Positions 55,194 through 64,000 of a DNA stretch of 64,000 nucleotides are shown here, piece by piece. How positions within the stretch are numbered: position 1 is the stretch's first letter; the number at the start of each line of letters is the position of its first letter. The translations under genes were made by a program, and so were the position numbers. Origin of the DNA: Nitrospirota bacterium (lineage in GTDB: Bacteria; JACPQY01); contig JACPAV010000011.1 in assembly GCA_016180645.1 (NCBI GenBank), positions 1 through 64,000 on the forward strand, given 5' to 3'. The notes under the pieces are model-generated. The model saw only the letters and a list, made by a program, of their open reading frames with translations, had not been told where the DNA came from and ran no database searches.

Positions 55194-56462
55194 TCAAACA
55201 AAGATGGGAACGGGTATTCGAAAATGGCGATAGGCCCGCGCCACGAGCGTGTGCGAGCCGGTCACAATGACCGGATCTTTCGCCGGTGCGATCAGCCCAC
55301 TTCGATCAAAGGCACGGGTGGAATCCGGTTCGACAACCGCCGGAATACCCAGATCGGAGGCCAAGGCACGCAACGTGTTCGGCTCATGCGCGCGTTCGGC
55401 GTCGGTCGCCCTGGTGAGTACCAGCGAGCCCGCCCACGGCCGCAGAGCGGCCAGAACACCTGCCGCATCCTTGGTGCGAAGCAGAGAGAGCACCACCACC
55501 GGCGCCTTTTGAGGGTATCGGGATTGAAAGACCTCCCGGAGCGCCCGCACGGCGTGTGGATTATGGGCCACATCCAGGAGCCAGGGTCTACCGCGCCTCC
55601 GCACCCACTGGCCTCTGCCGGGCCAGCAGCACCGGGAGAGACCTCGCTGGATCGTCTCCCAGGGAAGATGCAGATCGGCCGCTTCCAATGCCGACACGGC
55701 CAGCACCACGTTTCCCGCGAAGGATCGGCCGGAGAAAACGCTTCGCAGTCGCCTGCCACGAAAAGTCAGAGATGAACCCCCTTCGTATCGCCACTCCCGT
55801 CCCTCCCGCGGGACCATGAGCGGAACGCTACACGCCGCCGACCGCCGACGGAACGGCACGCGCGGTTCCGCTGCCACGGCGGGAGCCCCTGGCTTGATGA
55901 TCATCGCCTTCTCGGCGGCCACGGCCTCCAGCGAACGGCCAAGCCATTCGGTGTGGTCCAGTCCGATCGGAGTCAGAACGGAGACGCAGGGTTGGACCAC
56001 GTTGGTGGCATCCAAACGCCCGCCCATTCCCGTCTCAATCACGGCAAAGTCCACTTCCTCCGAATCGAAATAGAGGAAGGCCGCGACGGTGAGAAATTCA
56101 AAATGCGTCAGCTCAAACGGAGAGGGCCTTCGAAGCGCGTTCCTCACGCGCTCCCCCATTTGGGCAAACACGCTCCCGCGAATCATGGCGCCGTCCACGC
56201 GGATGCGCTCCCGGACGTCCAGGAAATGGGGCGAGGTGTAGAGCCCCACTCGATAGCCTGCCGCGCGGAGAATGGAAGAGAGCAGCGCACAGGTTGACCC
56301 TTTTCCATTCGTACCGGCTACATGGAACACCTTCAGCCGGGAATGAGGGTTTCCAAGCCTTTCCAAGGCTCGGCGGGTAGGACCCAGCCCGAGCCTGATC
56401 CGGAAAGGATCGAGCCCCTCAAGAAAACGCTGGAGATCAGCCCCTCGGCGGAATGTAACCAT
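55194..56462 (-). CDS. folC: Folylpolyglutamate synthase/dihydrofolate synthase
   Basis: HVAGTNGKGS, YTSPH, E.GMGGRLDATN, WPGR and LDVAHNP. Confidence 0.95.
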   Translation of the reverse strand: MVTFRRGADLQRFLEGLDPFRIRLGLGPTRRALERLGNPHSRLKVFHVAGTNGKGSTCALLSSILRAAGYRVGLYTSPHFLDVRERIRVDGAMIRGSVFAQMGERVRNALRRPSPFELTHFEFLTVAAFLYFDSEEVDFAVIETGMGGRLDATNVVQPCVSVLTPIGLDHTEWLGRSLEAVAAEKAMIIKPGAPAVAAEPRVPFRRRSAACSVPLMVPREGREWRYEGGSSLTFRGRRLRSVFSGRSFAGNVVLAVSALEAADLHLPWETIQRGLSRCCWPGRGQWVRRRGRPWLLDVAHNPHAVRALREVFQSRYPQKAPVVVLSLLRTKDAAGVLAALRPWAGSLVLTRATDAERAHEPNTLRALASDLGIPAVVEPDSTRAFDRSGLIAPAKDPVIVTGSHTLVARAYRHFRIPVPIFV

Positions 56463-56598
56463 GTGGAGATGTATTTATGGAGTCATCGCGTCACGTCATC
56501 ATGTGTTCATGTCGTCATGTAGTCATCGCTCTTCCCACATGAATCCATGATTCCATGATCACATGTTTCCATTCCTCCATGACCCCATGATCACATTC
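56463..56598. repeat. Degenerate ~8-bp tandem repeats (CATG-rich)
   Basis: ...GTCATCAT GTGTTCAT GTCGTCAT GTAGTCAT..., then CCATGAT units. Confidence 0.7.
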
Positions 56599-56886
56599 CT
56601 ACATTCGCTCGTCGTACCGGATCTCGAACGACGGGAAGATGCCGGCGTATGGTTCCTCCCGGATTTCGCAAGACGCGACTCTTGCCGCCGGCGGCCCCTT
56701 CCGGCACCAATCTCGAAACAAGGCGAGCGCCTCCTCCGCCCCTTCGGCCAGGATCTCCACGCTGCCGTCCTCCTTGTTCTTCACCCATCCGGTGAGATTC
56801 TGGGCCTGCGCCTCACGCAACGTGGCCCATCGGAAATTGACCCCCTGAACCCGGCCGCGCACAATAACGTGCAAGCGCTTATTCAC
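56599..56886 (-). CDS. acyP: Acylphosphatase
   Basis: GRVQGVNFR, GWVKN..DGSVE and GPP.ARV. Confidence 0.95.
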   Translation of the reverse strand: MNKRLHVIVRGRVQGVNFRWATLREAQAQNLTGWVKNKEDGSVEILAEGAEEALALFRDWCRKGPPAARVASCEIREEPYAGIFPSFEIRYDERM

Positions 56887-56899
56887 TCTCGGGCGAGTT

Positions 56900-58195
56900 C
56901 TAAATCACGCCTTCGCTTCGAAGCGAGGCGATCTCGTCCTCGGAAAGGCCAAGGAGGGAGGACAGAATCGAACCGGTATCCTGGCCCAGATCCGGGTGAG
57001 CACGGCCCACGGACGGCGGCGTCTTCTCCAGCTTGAGGGGATTCCCCGGAATGCGGATCGTCCCGAGACGGGAATGAGACACCTCTTGGAGCATATCCCG
57101 ACTCTGAAGCTGCACGTCCTGGTTCACTTCGTCGAAATCCATGACCGGAGTACACGGCACCCCCTCCTTCCGAAGGGCCTCTACCGCATCGCGGGTCGTC
57201 CGGCTTTCGAACCATTTGGCCGCCAGGCCGACGCCCCGTTTCCAGTTTCGAATGCGCTGGACGATATTTTCAAAATCGGGGCCCCCGAGCTCCGGATCCC
57301 CCAAGGCCCGCACGACGCCGCGCCACTGCTCTTCCGTAAAGGCCACCATCGCCAGATGGCCGTCCTGCGTCTTGTAGGAATTCCAAAAAACCATCCTGCG
57401 ATTTTCATCGGAAAGCAGCTGGTCCACCGTGGTCTTCCCGAGGAACGAATCGACCGCCTCACGCATGTCTTCCATCGTCCGTCGCGTGAGCGCGCGGTAG
57501 TTGTGGATGTACATCACATCCTGCATGGAGAGATCGACCAGTTGCCCCACGCCCGTCCGCTCCCGCGCAAAGAGGGCCGATGCCAGACCGAGCGCCCCAT
57601 ACGCCCCGGCGACAAGATCACCGAACATCACTTTCGGAGGCACACCCGGCTGCTCCAACGCCGCCATGATCCCACCGGAAGCCTGGGCAATGAGGTCGAA
57701 CGCCGGATAGCTCTGCAAAGGACCGGATCGGCCGAACCCTGAAATGGCGAGGTAGATCAATTTCGGCTGAAGCTTCGAGAGCACCCCGTATCCCAGCTCC
57801 AGCTTGTCCATCGTGCCGGGTGTGAAATTCTCCACCAGGGCATCCGATTTGCGGATCAACTTCTTGAAAAGATCCTTCCCCTTTTCATTCTTCAAATTGA
57901 GCGTGAGGCCCTTTTTATTGCGATGAACGATGGAGAGCGTCTTCTCCACGCCAGGGATCATCATCGACATCAGGCGCAGGGCTTCCCCCTGGGGCGGTTC
58001 GATCTTGATGACCTCGGCGCCCAGATCGGCAAGGAGTTGGGTCGCGCGCGGACCGGATAGGAACTGACTCAGATCGAGGATTCGAATTCCGCTGAAAGCC
58101 CCGGGCTGAAGTCCGGGCAGAGCATCTGGAACCGTGGGTGTGGTGGACCGGGGTTTCTTGGCTGCTCTGGCGGACCCCAGCCGTTTCCGGCTCAA
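56900..58195 (-). CDS. Family III CoA-transferase (CaiB/BaiF)
   Basis: GIRILDLSQ..SGP, LADLGAEVIKIE, RNKK, ENF.PG and FD..AQA; TTG start overlaps the upstream TGA. Confidence 0.92.
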   Translation of the reverse strand: MSRKRLGSARAAKKPRSTTPTVPDALPGLQPGAFSGIRILDLSQFLSGPRATQLLADLGAEVIKIEPPQGEALRLMSMMIPGVEKTLSIVHRNKKGLTLNLKNEKGKDLFKKLIRKSDALVENFTPGTMDKLELGYGVLSKLQPKLIYLAISGFGRSGPLQSYPAFDLIAQASGGIMAALEQPGVPPKVMFGDLVAGAYGALGLASALFARERTGVGQLVDLSMQDVMYIHNYRALTRRTMEDMREAVDSFLGKTTVDQLLSDENRRMVFWNSYKTQDGHLAMVAFTEEQWRGVVRALGDPELGGPDFENIVQRIRNWKRGVGLAAKWFESRTTRDAVEALRKEGVPCTPVMDFDEVNQDVQLQSRDMLQEVSHSRLGTIRIPGNPLKLEKTPPSVGRAHPDLGQDTGSILSSLLGLSEDEIASLRSEGVI

Positions 58196-59232
58196 ATCCA
58201 GCCTTGCTCCTTGTACCACAGGAGCGTATCGCGAATGCCTTGGTGCGCATCGGGATACTCGAATTGAAAACCGAGGGCCTGTAATTTCCGGATGTCGTAC
58301 ACCACGTCCAGCCCAAGGTATTCCAGGGGATCCCGCTCGATGGGAGGCCGTGTGTGAGTCACATGCTTGGCGAAGAAACCCGTAATGTTCGCCGCCAAGA
58401 TGCCGAGTGTCTTCACGACCCCCACGGGGATGGGGGGTAGGGCGCTGAATTTGTGTCCCATCACTTCGGCTACGTGCCGGAAATACTCGAGCGTGGGCAT
58501 CGGGTTCGGGTCCGTCGTGTTGTAGGCTTGGTTGACCGCTTCCGGCCTTTGAGACAGAAAAAAGGCCGAGCGGCAGACATCCCGGACATGAATAAATGGA
58601 ATTCGGAAGGTGAAATTTCGCGGGATCTGAACGCGCTTCATCTTGGCCGGCTGCATCAGGAACATCCCCCCGCCGTACACCGCGCGCGGGCCGTACACGG
58701 TGGTGGGTCGGATCGACGTACAGGCCAGCTTGTGCTTTTCGTAATAGGAGTGCACAAGCTCCTCCTGCATCCATTTCGTTTTGAGATAGTTGTTCGAGGG
58801 GACTTTCGGATCGTCCTCCTTGATCGGTTTTCCACTCAGACTCTTCAAATCGTACGACCCACCCGCGCCCCAGTTCATGAATCGCTTGACGCTGCCGTTT
58901 TCGAGGAGGGTGTCCAGGAGGTTCCGAGTGCCTTCTACGTTTACCCGGTGCAAGGCCTCATAGGGCGCCGTGTAGTCGAAGATGGCGGCGATATGAAACA
59001 CGACGTCGATTCCGCCGGTGAGCCCCTTGAGCGTGTCCTTGCGAGTGAGATCGGCTCCGACCACTTCCACGCCCGCCTTTCGGATGACGCTGGGGAACCG
59101 ACCACGAACACGATCGTCTTTCTCCAAGGCGGAAGGAAGATCCGTTGCCCGAACTTCGAATTTGTTCTCGCGGAGAATCTCCACCATGTGGGTGCCCATG
59201 AAACCCGAGGCACCCGTGACCAAAGCTTTCAT
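58192..59232 (-). CDS. NAD-dependent epimerase/dehydratase (extended SDR)
   Basis: TGASGFMG, YLKTK (YxxxK) and RPTTVYGP. Confidence 0.92.
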   Translation of the reverse strand: MKALVTGASGFMGTHMVEILRENKFEVRATDLPSALEKDDRVRGRFPSVIRKAGVEVVGADLTRKDTLKGLTGGIDVVFHIAAIFDYTAPYEALHRVNVEGTRNLLDTLLENGSVKRFMNWGAGGSYDLKSLSGKPIKEDDPKVPSNNYLKTKWMQEELVHSYYEKHKLACTSIRPTTVYGPRAVYGGGMFLMQPAKMKRVQIPRNFTFRIPFIHVRDVCRSAFFLSQRPEAVNQAYNTTDPNPMPTLEYFRHVAEVMGHKFSALPPIPVGVVKTLGILAANITGFFAKHVTHTRPPIERDPLEYLGLDVVYDIRKLQALGFQFEYPDAHQGIRDTLLWYKEQGWI

Positions 59233-59336
59233 ATGTGGGCGGCATTGTAGACATATTCTTCGAGAGAATCCAATGAGCGAATTTGATGGGGCCCCGCGTT
59301 CGATGCTACCTTGAAATCCGCCCTTAGCCGCAACCC

Positions 59337-59620
59337 ATGAATGTGCTGTTTCTCCAGGATTCCGGCCTGAACGAGTCTCTGGCACTTACGGAACTCTCGG
59401 CGTACCTCCAATCGCATGGCCACCGACGGTCGATAGATGGATTCCTCTTCTGGAACGAATCGCCCCCCACTTTCCTCCACTCCTCGCGCGGCCCGCGCTT
59501 CTGGCCGCCATGATCCATGAAAAACGGTTTTCCGGCATCGGCCTGCTCGACGGATTCCGCTACTATTGGAACGTCGGCTCCCCCACAACCCGCACCTCGA
59601 ACTTTCCCAGCCTGATTTGA
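59337..59620 (+). pseudogene. Probable B12-binding radical SAM gene relic (N- and C-terminal ends only)
   Basis: MNVLFLQ...ESLALTELSAYLQSHGH resembles a B12-binding domain start; it joins out of frame to WIPLLERI...NFPSLI*. Confidence 0.5.
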
Positions 59621-59657
59621 TCTACAACCTCGGCAAAGCCGGGGCGTGGAGCTTGCC

Positions 59658-61955
59658 CTATTTCAGCTCCGCGGAAAAACCGCCTTTCTGCACCCCATGG
59701 CATGATACTTTCGAATACTTCCCGGTCATCCCCCGCTTCCCCGCTCGAATGTTCCCGGAAAAGTCCATCGTCATGGCGCAGTTCCGGTCCGAATCGTCCA
59801 GCACCCGAATCCGCAAACCGTCGCTCTCCGCTCTCTCCCACAATTGGATGACCGCCGAGCAGGGCCGCGCGCCGCACCCCCCGGAAGGCTCCCAGCCGCC
59901 GGCAAAGAATCCACCGTCCGGCTTGAAGATGACCCGGGCCGCCCATTCAGACTTGGATCCTGCCCCTTTGAAATTCCACCGCTGCACAACGTAGCTCGCG
60001 GGATCGGCGCCCACCTGATTGAAATTCACCCCCGAGGTCCCCTGCCGACTCACGCTCCCATCCGCCGCGCGCTCCTCGTACGCAGCTTGACCCCTCATGA
60101 GCCGTGATCCACCCTCAGATTCCACCACTTCCCCGGTCATCCGGAACGCAGTCTTCGATCCGCCACCCCAATTCCGAACGCCCGACACAACCACCGAGTT
60201 GTCCTTCCTCGTCACCTGCATGTCGCCAAATACGGGACCCAGATTCAATCCACGCATCTGACCTCCCTCGTCGAGGATGCCCAGCGCCGGAATCCATGTG
60301 GATAGAGGCGGGCCGCCTTCCCAGGAAGCCACCCAAATCCCACTCAGTCCTGCCGAACCGCCGGGCGGTGTCGCGCCGCCCTTCCCCTTTTCCGGCGCCG
60401 GTGGAATCGATCCAACAGTCTGGCCGGGATCCAGAACAACGGTCGGCGCTTGTGTCGCCATGGTCATCCGGTCCATCAAGGAACCCTCAGTGAAAAACTG
60501 TGGAGAAAATCCAAGCGAGCTGTAGGCCGTGATGCGAATTCCCGCCCGTTCGGGCGAAATCGGAGCTTCCCCAAAGGGGATCCACACGCCCGCCTGTGAG
60601 GCGGTGGGCAAGCCCGCGGGAACCCAGAGCGTCCAATGAGGAAACAGCTTCTGCTTCTCCGCGCGAGACACGGTGATGAGATAGAGATCGGCGCCCGGAA
60701 CCACGTCCCAGGCCAGGAGGACACCCTTTTCTTGATCATCCGGCCCCGCTCTCCTTGCATCCGGGATCCGCGGCAGTTGGAGGGACGACCCGGACGCCAA
60801 GATCTCCGCGGTGACTCCCGGGGCGCGGAGAACCACTTCCCCAGTCGCATCCTGATAGTGGGCCATGAGAGTGTACGAAGTCACCGAGGGAAGGACCGGG
60901 ACGGTCAATCTCGCCTTTGGCCCATGGCCAACGGCCACAGGGATCTCCTCGCGGGCCAATTGGACCGAGACGGAGAAGGTAATGTCGTTGGATCGGGAGT
61001 CCTCCTTTCCATCAACACCTTTTCCACCGGCCTCGACGGGTGCGGAAAAGAATCGAAGCGGATCGAGTCTGACGGTCAGGGTGGAATCCTCCGAACGATT
61101 GCGGATGGCGGTTCCGCCGCGAATCTCTTGCTCGGAACATTTCATGAGAATTGCGGCGGCTCCACCTGCGAAAGCTGGAGCGTTCTGGATCAGAATCTCA
61201 GGCTTCTCCCCCAGTTTGGAGTCACCCCCTTTGAGCGAAAACGGAACTTCCCGGGTGTCCTGTGAACGGTCCACCGGATCGGTGAAAGACCAACGGACCG
61301 CCCCTTCTCCTCCCTCGCACGCTCCATCCACGATCACACGAACCGTCGTCTTGGGAACCTCCCGAGCCGCCTCCTCACCGGCCGGACGAAGGGCGGCATG
61401 GACCCGTCTCCCTTCGATCGCAAGAAAAGTGACACTTTCAAATCCGTCTCGTTGAACCGTAATTCGATGAGGGCCGGGCGCCACGTCCGCAACCTTGAGC
61501 ACCCCGCGGCGTCCGGTACGGCCGAGCATCCGGCCGTCGATGTACACCTTCGCGTTCCGCAGGGCTGTCGCTCTTCGTCCGGCGCCTGAAACGTGAACGT
61601 ACAGAGGACCCTGCGACGAGCCCGAACCGGTCCCACCTAAACCAGGCGTGACAGTCAGTATGCCAGGCTCGCAGGCCCCCCAGATGAGCCTCACCGGCTG
61701 CGGGAGACCGGGTTCAAAATCCGCCGGCACGACGAAGACCACCTGCTCGGCGTCCCATTTGGAAACCACGGTGGGCACTCCACCCACCCAAACGCGGGGA
61801 ACACCCGTATTTTTGTCCGGCGGGCAATGGGGTCGAACCGTAATTTGCGTTCCGGGCGCCGACCAATCGGACGGGACAGAATTCGAAAGACAGCCGGCAA
61901 TGAACAGTGCAAAAACGATCCCGACTCTGCAAATTGATCTGCCCGCCACCCTCAT
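59658..61955 (-). CDS. Hypothetical lipoprotein with IPT/TIG-like and PEGA-like domains
   Basis: Lipobox IAGC; APGTQITV...W....V.F.VP; VYIDG...G.T...PG.H.ITV...G. Confidence 0.7.
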   Translation of the reverse strand: MRVAGRSICRVGIVFALFIAGCLSNSVPSDWSAPGTQITVRPHCPPDKNTGVPRVWVGGVPTVVSKWDAEQVVFVVPADFEPGLPQPVRLIWGACEPGILTVTPGLGGTGSGSSQGPLYVHVSGAGRRATALRNAKVYIDGRMLGRTGRRGVLKVADVAPGPHRITVQRDGFESVTFLAIEGRRVHAALRPAGEEAAREVPKTTVRVIVDGACEGGEGAVRWSFTDPVDRSQDTREVPFSLKGGDSKLGEKPEILIQNAPAFAGGAAAILMKCSEQEIRGGTAIRNRSEDSTLTVRLDPLRFFSAPVEAGGKGVDGKEDSRSNDITFSVSVQLAREEIPVAVGHGPKARLTVPVLPSVTSYTLMAHYQDATGEVVLRAPGVTAEILASGSSLQLPRIPDARRAGPDDQEKGVLLAWDVVPGADLYLITVSRAEKQKLFPHWTLWVPAGLPTASQAGVWIPFGEAPISPERAGIRITAYSSLGFSPQFFTEGSLMDRMTMATQAPTVVLDPGQTVGSIPPAPEKGKGGATPPGGSAGLSGIWVASWEGGPPLSTWIPALGILDEGGQMRGLNLGPVFGDMQVTRKDNSVVVSGVRNWGGGSKTAFRMTGEVVESEGGSRLMRGQAAYEERAADGSVSRQGTSGVNFNQVGADPASYVVQRWNFKGAGSKSEWAARVIFKPDGGFFAGGWEPSGGCGARPCSAVIQLWERAESDGLRIRVLDDSDRNCAMTMDFSGNIRAGKRGMTGKYSKVSCHGVQKGGFSAELK

Positions 61956-62164
61956 CAATGTGCCGCCGATCATACCGAAACCCCCGGCGATGCGACAGCA
62001 GAAAGCAACTTTGGCAGCGCCCAAGAGCACCACAAGCCGGGGGACGAAAATACTGACATCAGTCACTATTCAACGCGGCAACCAATCACATTGAGAGCCA
62101 TCTCCCAATCTATGTTATGATTGATTAGTGATATCGATGCGATACCCACTCCTCCAGTCCGAGA

Positions 62165-62180
62165 TGGCACGGACGTTGCG
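62165..62180 (+). promoter_or_regulatory. Consensus sigma54 promoter
   Basis: TGGCACG-GACG-TTGCG, then GGGAAGGA RBS and ATG 62204. Confidence 0.8.
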
Positions 62181-62203
62181 ATTTGAAGCCGCAGGGAAGG
62201 ACT

Positions 62204-64000
62204 ATGCATAATTGTGATCTACATCACATTCTTGCCCGCCAGGCAAGGTGCGGTACCCACGGGCCCCGGCGAGGCAGGAGGCCGAGCGCTTCCACCGTAG
62301 GTGCGGTAAGTGCGTTGGTCGCAGTTCTTGTTTTTTTACGAGTGAGTTTCGCCGTCGCCGCCCCGACCAAACTCCTCTCCTACCAAGGCCGCATCACCGA
62401 CGCGAACGGCCAGCCGATTACGGACAATCCTTACACTGTCCGATTCAAGATCTACTCCACCTCCGCGGATTGCACAGGGGATACGGCCGGCAATCTCGTC
62501 TGGGGGCCTGAGACCCACGATGGCGCGGCGGGCAACTGGCCGCAAGTGACCGTGACCAACGGCTTGTTCAGTACGATTCTGGGTTACGACTCAGTGCAGG
62601 CCAAGGGGACTGCGTTGTCGATAGCCTTCGACCAAGATTACTACCTTCAAGTCAAAGTGGGCGCGAATCCTGTTTTCAACCCCTGTGATCGACTGACCAC
62701 CGCCCCGTACGCCGCCAATGCGATCAACTCCGATTCGTGCAACACCGATGCCACGTGCGAAACGACCGCGGTTCAAATCGTGGACGCCAATACGAGGATC
62801 GTGGAGGGCGCGGGCAACTCGGTTCGCATCCAGACGGACTCGGGTTATGTCGACATCGGCCCTCAAAACACAAGCTGGTCGCACTTCCAGACCGACCGGA
62901 CGCAGTTCTATTTCAACAAGCAGGTGGGCGTGGACGGAAACCTGTTCCCGTATACGGACAACACCCGGGACTTGGGCGGGAGCTCCAACCGGTGGGCTAC
63001 CGTCTACTCCAACGAAGTCGGATGGGGGGATTCGCAGACGCGAACCCAAACGCGGGACGACGCAGGCGCGATGGGCGGCAAGAGCGGTTTCTACCAGACC
63101 TCGGCGCCGGCCCCGGCGGCAGATTGGCCGTCCGGGGCGGCCTCTTGGTGGCACCTGCTGGACGTGCGGCACAGCAACACCGCCAACAACTACGGCATGC
63201 AATTCTCCGGGAGCTTCTTCGACCAAAACCTCTATTTCCGAAAAACCAACAACAGTGCGTCCACGGCATGGAAACAGGTGGCCATGACGGACGGCACCGT
63301 CGCCGACGCCCTCGCGTGCAGCGCGGACACCGTGTGCGAAACGCAAGCCATCACGGCCACGGGGTACATCGCCTCGAACAACTGCGTGGGGGGCGGCGGC
63401 ACCACCGGTACGGCCGGCACTCAAGGAAACACCTGGCGAATGTGCAACGCCGGCGCGGCCAACAATTGGATCTACGTGTACAACGGAGCCGGAACGGCGT
63501 ATCACGATGTGGCCTTGGGGCAGCTCTGGGTGAGCGGCACACAGTACGCCACCGGACAGGTGTACGCCCGGTCCGGCATCGCGAACGACACCGCCTCGGC
63601 CAAACTGAGCCTCAATGATGCGGACGGCGTTACCGTCGGTGGACCGCTCGATACCACAAGCACGATCACCACGCCGGGCTACGTCTCCATCACGGGGGTG
63701 TCGGACGCTTCAGGCAACCTCCGCTTTTCCGCCGCCAACCCCTACATCTCGGCGTCCTCGTATTTCGTCGCCCCCGGCGGCGCCTACTTCAACAGCGGCA
63801 CCGTCTACGTTCAAAACGCCCTGATGGCCCGCAATTATATTCAGAACGACGACACCCCCAACGGGGGCCGCGTAAGAATCGACGACACCACCGACATCAC
63901 CGGCGGGGCAGGCGGCCTCCGACTGGGCGCGGCCAACTGGGATGACGGTGGGACCACGTACGGCCACATCGTCGCCGACAACAGCGGCTACAAGGCCCTC
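62204..64000 (+). CDS. Exported mosaic phage-tail-fibre-like protein (3' end outside the window; not in the ORF track)
   Basis: Hand translation is open to the window end: signal/TM, LSYQGRITDANGQP...APYA, SGYVDIGPQNTSWSHFQTDR..FYFNK, DLGGSSNRWATVY and WWHLLDVRHSN..NNY.MQF...LYFRK. Confidence 0.85.
   Translation, partial: MHNCDLHHILARQARCGTHGPRRGRRPSASTVGAVSALVAVLVFLRVSFAVAAPTKLLSYQGRITDANGQPITDNPYTVRFKIYSTSADCTGDTAGNLVWGPETHDGAAGNWPQVTVTNGLFSTILGYDSVQAKGTALSIAFDQDYYLQVKVGANPVFNPCDRLTTAPYAANAINSDSCNTDATCETTAVQIVDANTRIVEGAGNSVRIQTDSGYVDIGPQNTSWSHFQTDRTQFYFNKQVGVDGNLFPYTDNTRDLGGSSNRWATVYSNEVGWGDSQTRTQTRDDAGAMGGKSGFYQTSAPAPAADWPSGAASWWHLLDVRHSNTANNYGMQFSGSFFDQNLYFRKTNNSASTAWKQVAMTDGTVADALACSADTVCETQAITATGYIASNNCVGGGGTTGTAGTQGNTWRMCNAGAANNWIYVYNGAGTAYHDVALGQLWVSGTQYATGQVYARSGIANDTASAKLSLNDADGVTVGGPLDTTSTITTPGYVSITGVSDASGNLRFSAANPYISASSYFVAPGGAYFNSGTVYVQNALMARNYIQNDDTPNGGRVRIDDTTDITGGAGGLRLGAANWDDGGTTYGHIVADNSGYKAL
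62213..62228. promoter_or_regulatory. Near-consensus CRP-family site inside the first codons
   Basis: AAT-TGTGA-TCTACA-TCACA-TT versus consensus AAA-TGTGA-TCTAGA-TCACA-TTT. Confidence 0.7.

Overview
GC-rich chromosomal window from a diderm (Gram-negative-type) bacterium: it carries TolB, TolC, MlaC, many lipoproteins and sigma54 regulators, but the taxon cannot be fixed from sequence alone. Most of it is core or metabolic: nfi, pccB, glmS, a heme A/heme O/SCO cytochrome-oxidase maturation cluster, a larA-like gene, ruvB, a GCS2 ligase, pth, murJ, purC, a thiolase, split MetE plus folC, acyP and a CoA-transferase. GTAG-type REP palindromes and short 7-8-bp tandem repeats are scattered throughout. 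Less ordinary content: (1) a ~4-kb integrase-less island in tRNA-Pro(GGG) (10527-14768) with a TIR-like + DUF5677-like gene pair, a STAS-HATPase + STAS pair and a PIN toxin relic; its displaced tRNA half has a 43-bp insertion in the T-loop; (2) a LacI-type HTH-PilZ fusion regulator; (3) an exported mosaic phage-tail-fibre-like protein, missing from the ORF track (62204 to window end), behind a consensus sigma54 promoter and a near-perfect CRP box; (4) a 30-aa membrane microprotein with sigma54/IHF promoter architecture; (5) a Tam41-like CDP-DAG synthase candidate; (6) many apparently leaderless genes, palindromes inserted in frame in ctaA, and two internal-deletion pseudogenes. All family assignments come from motif recognition by eye; no database searches were run.
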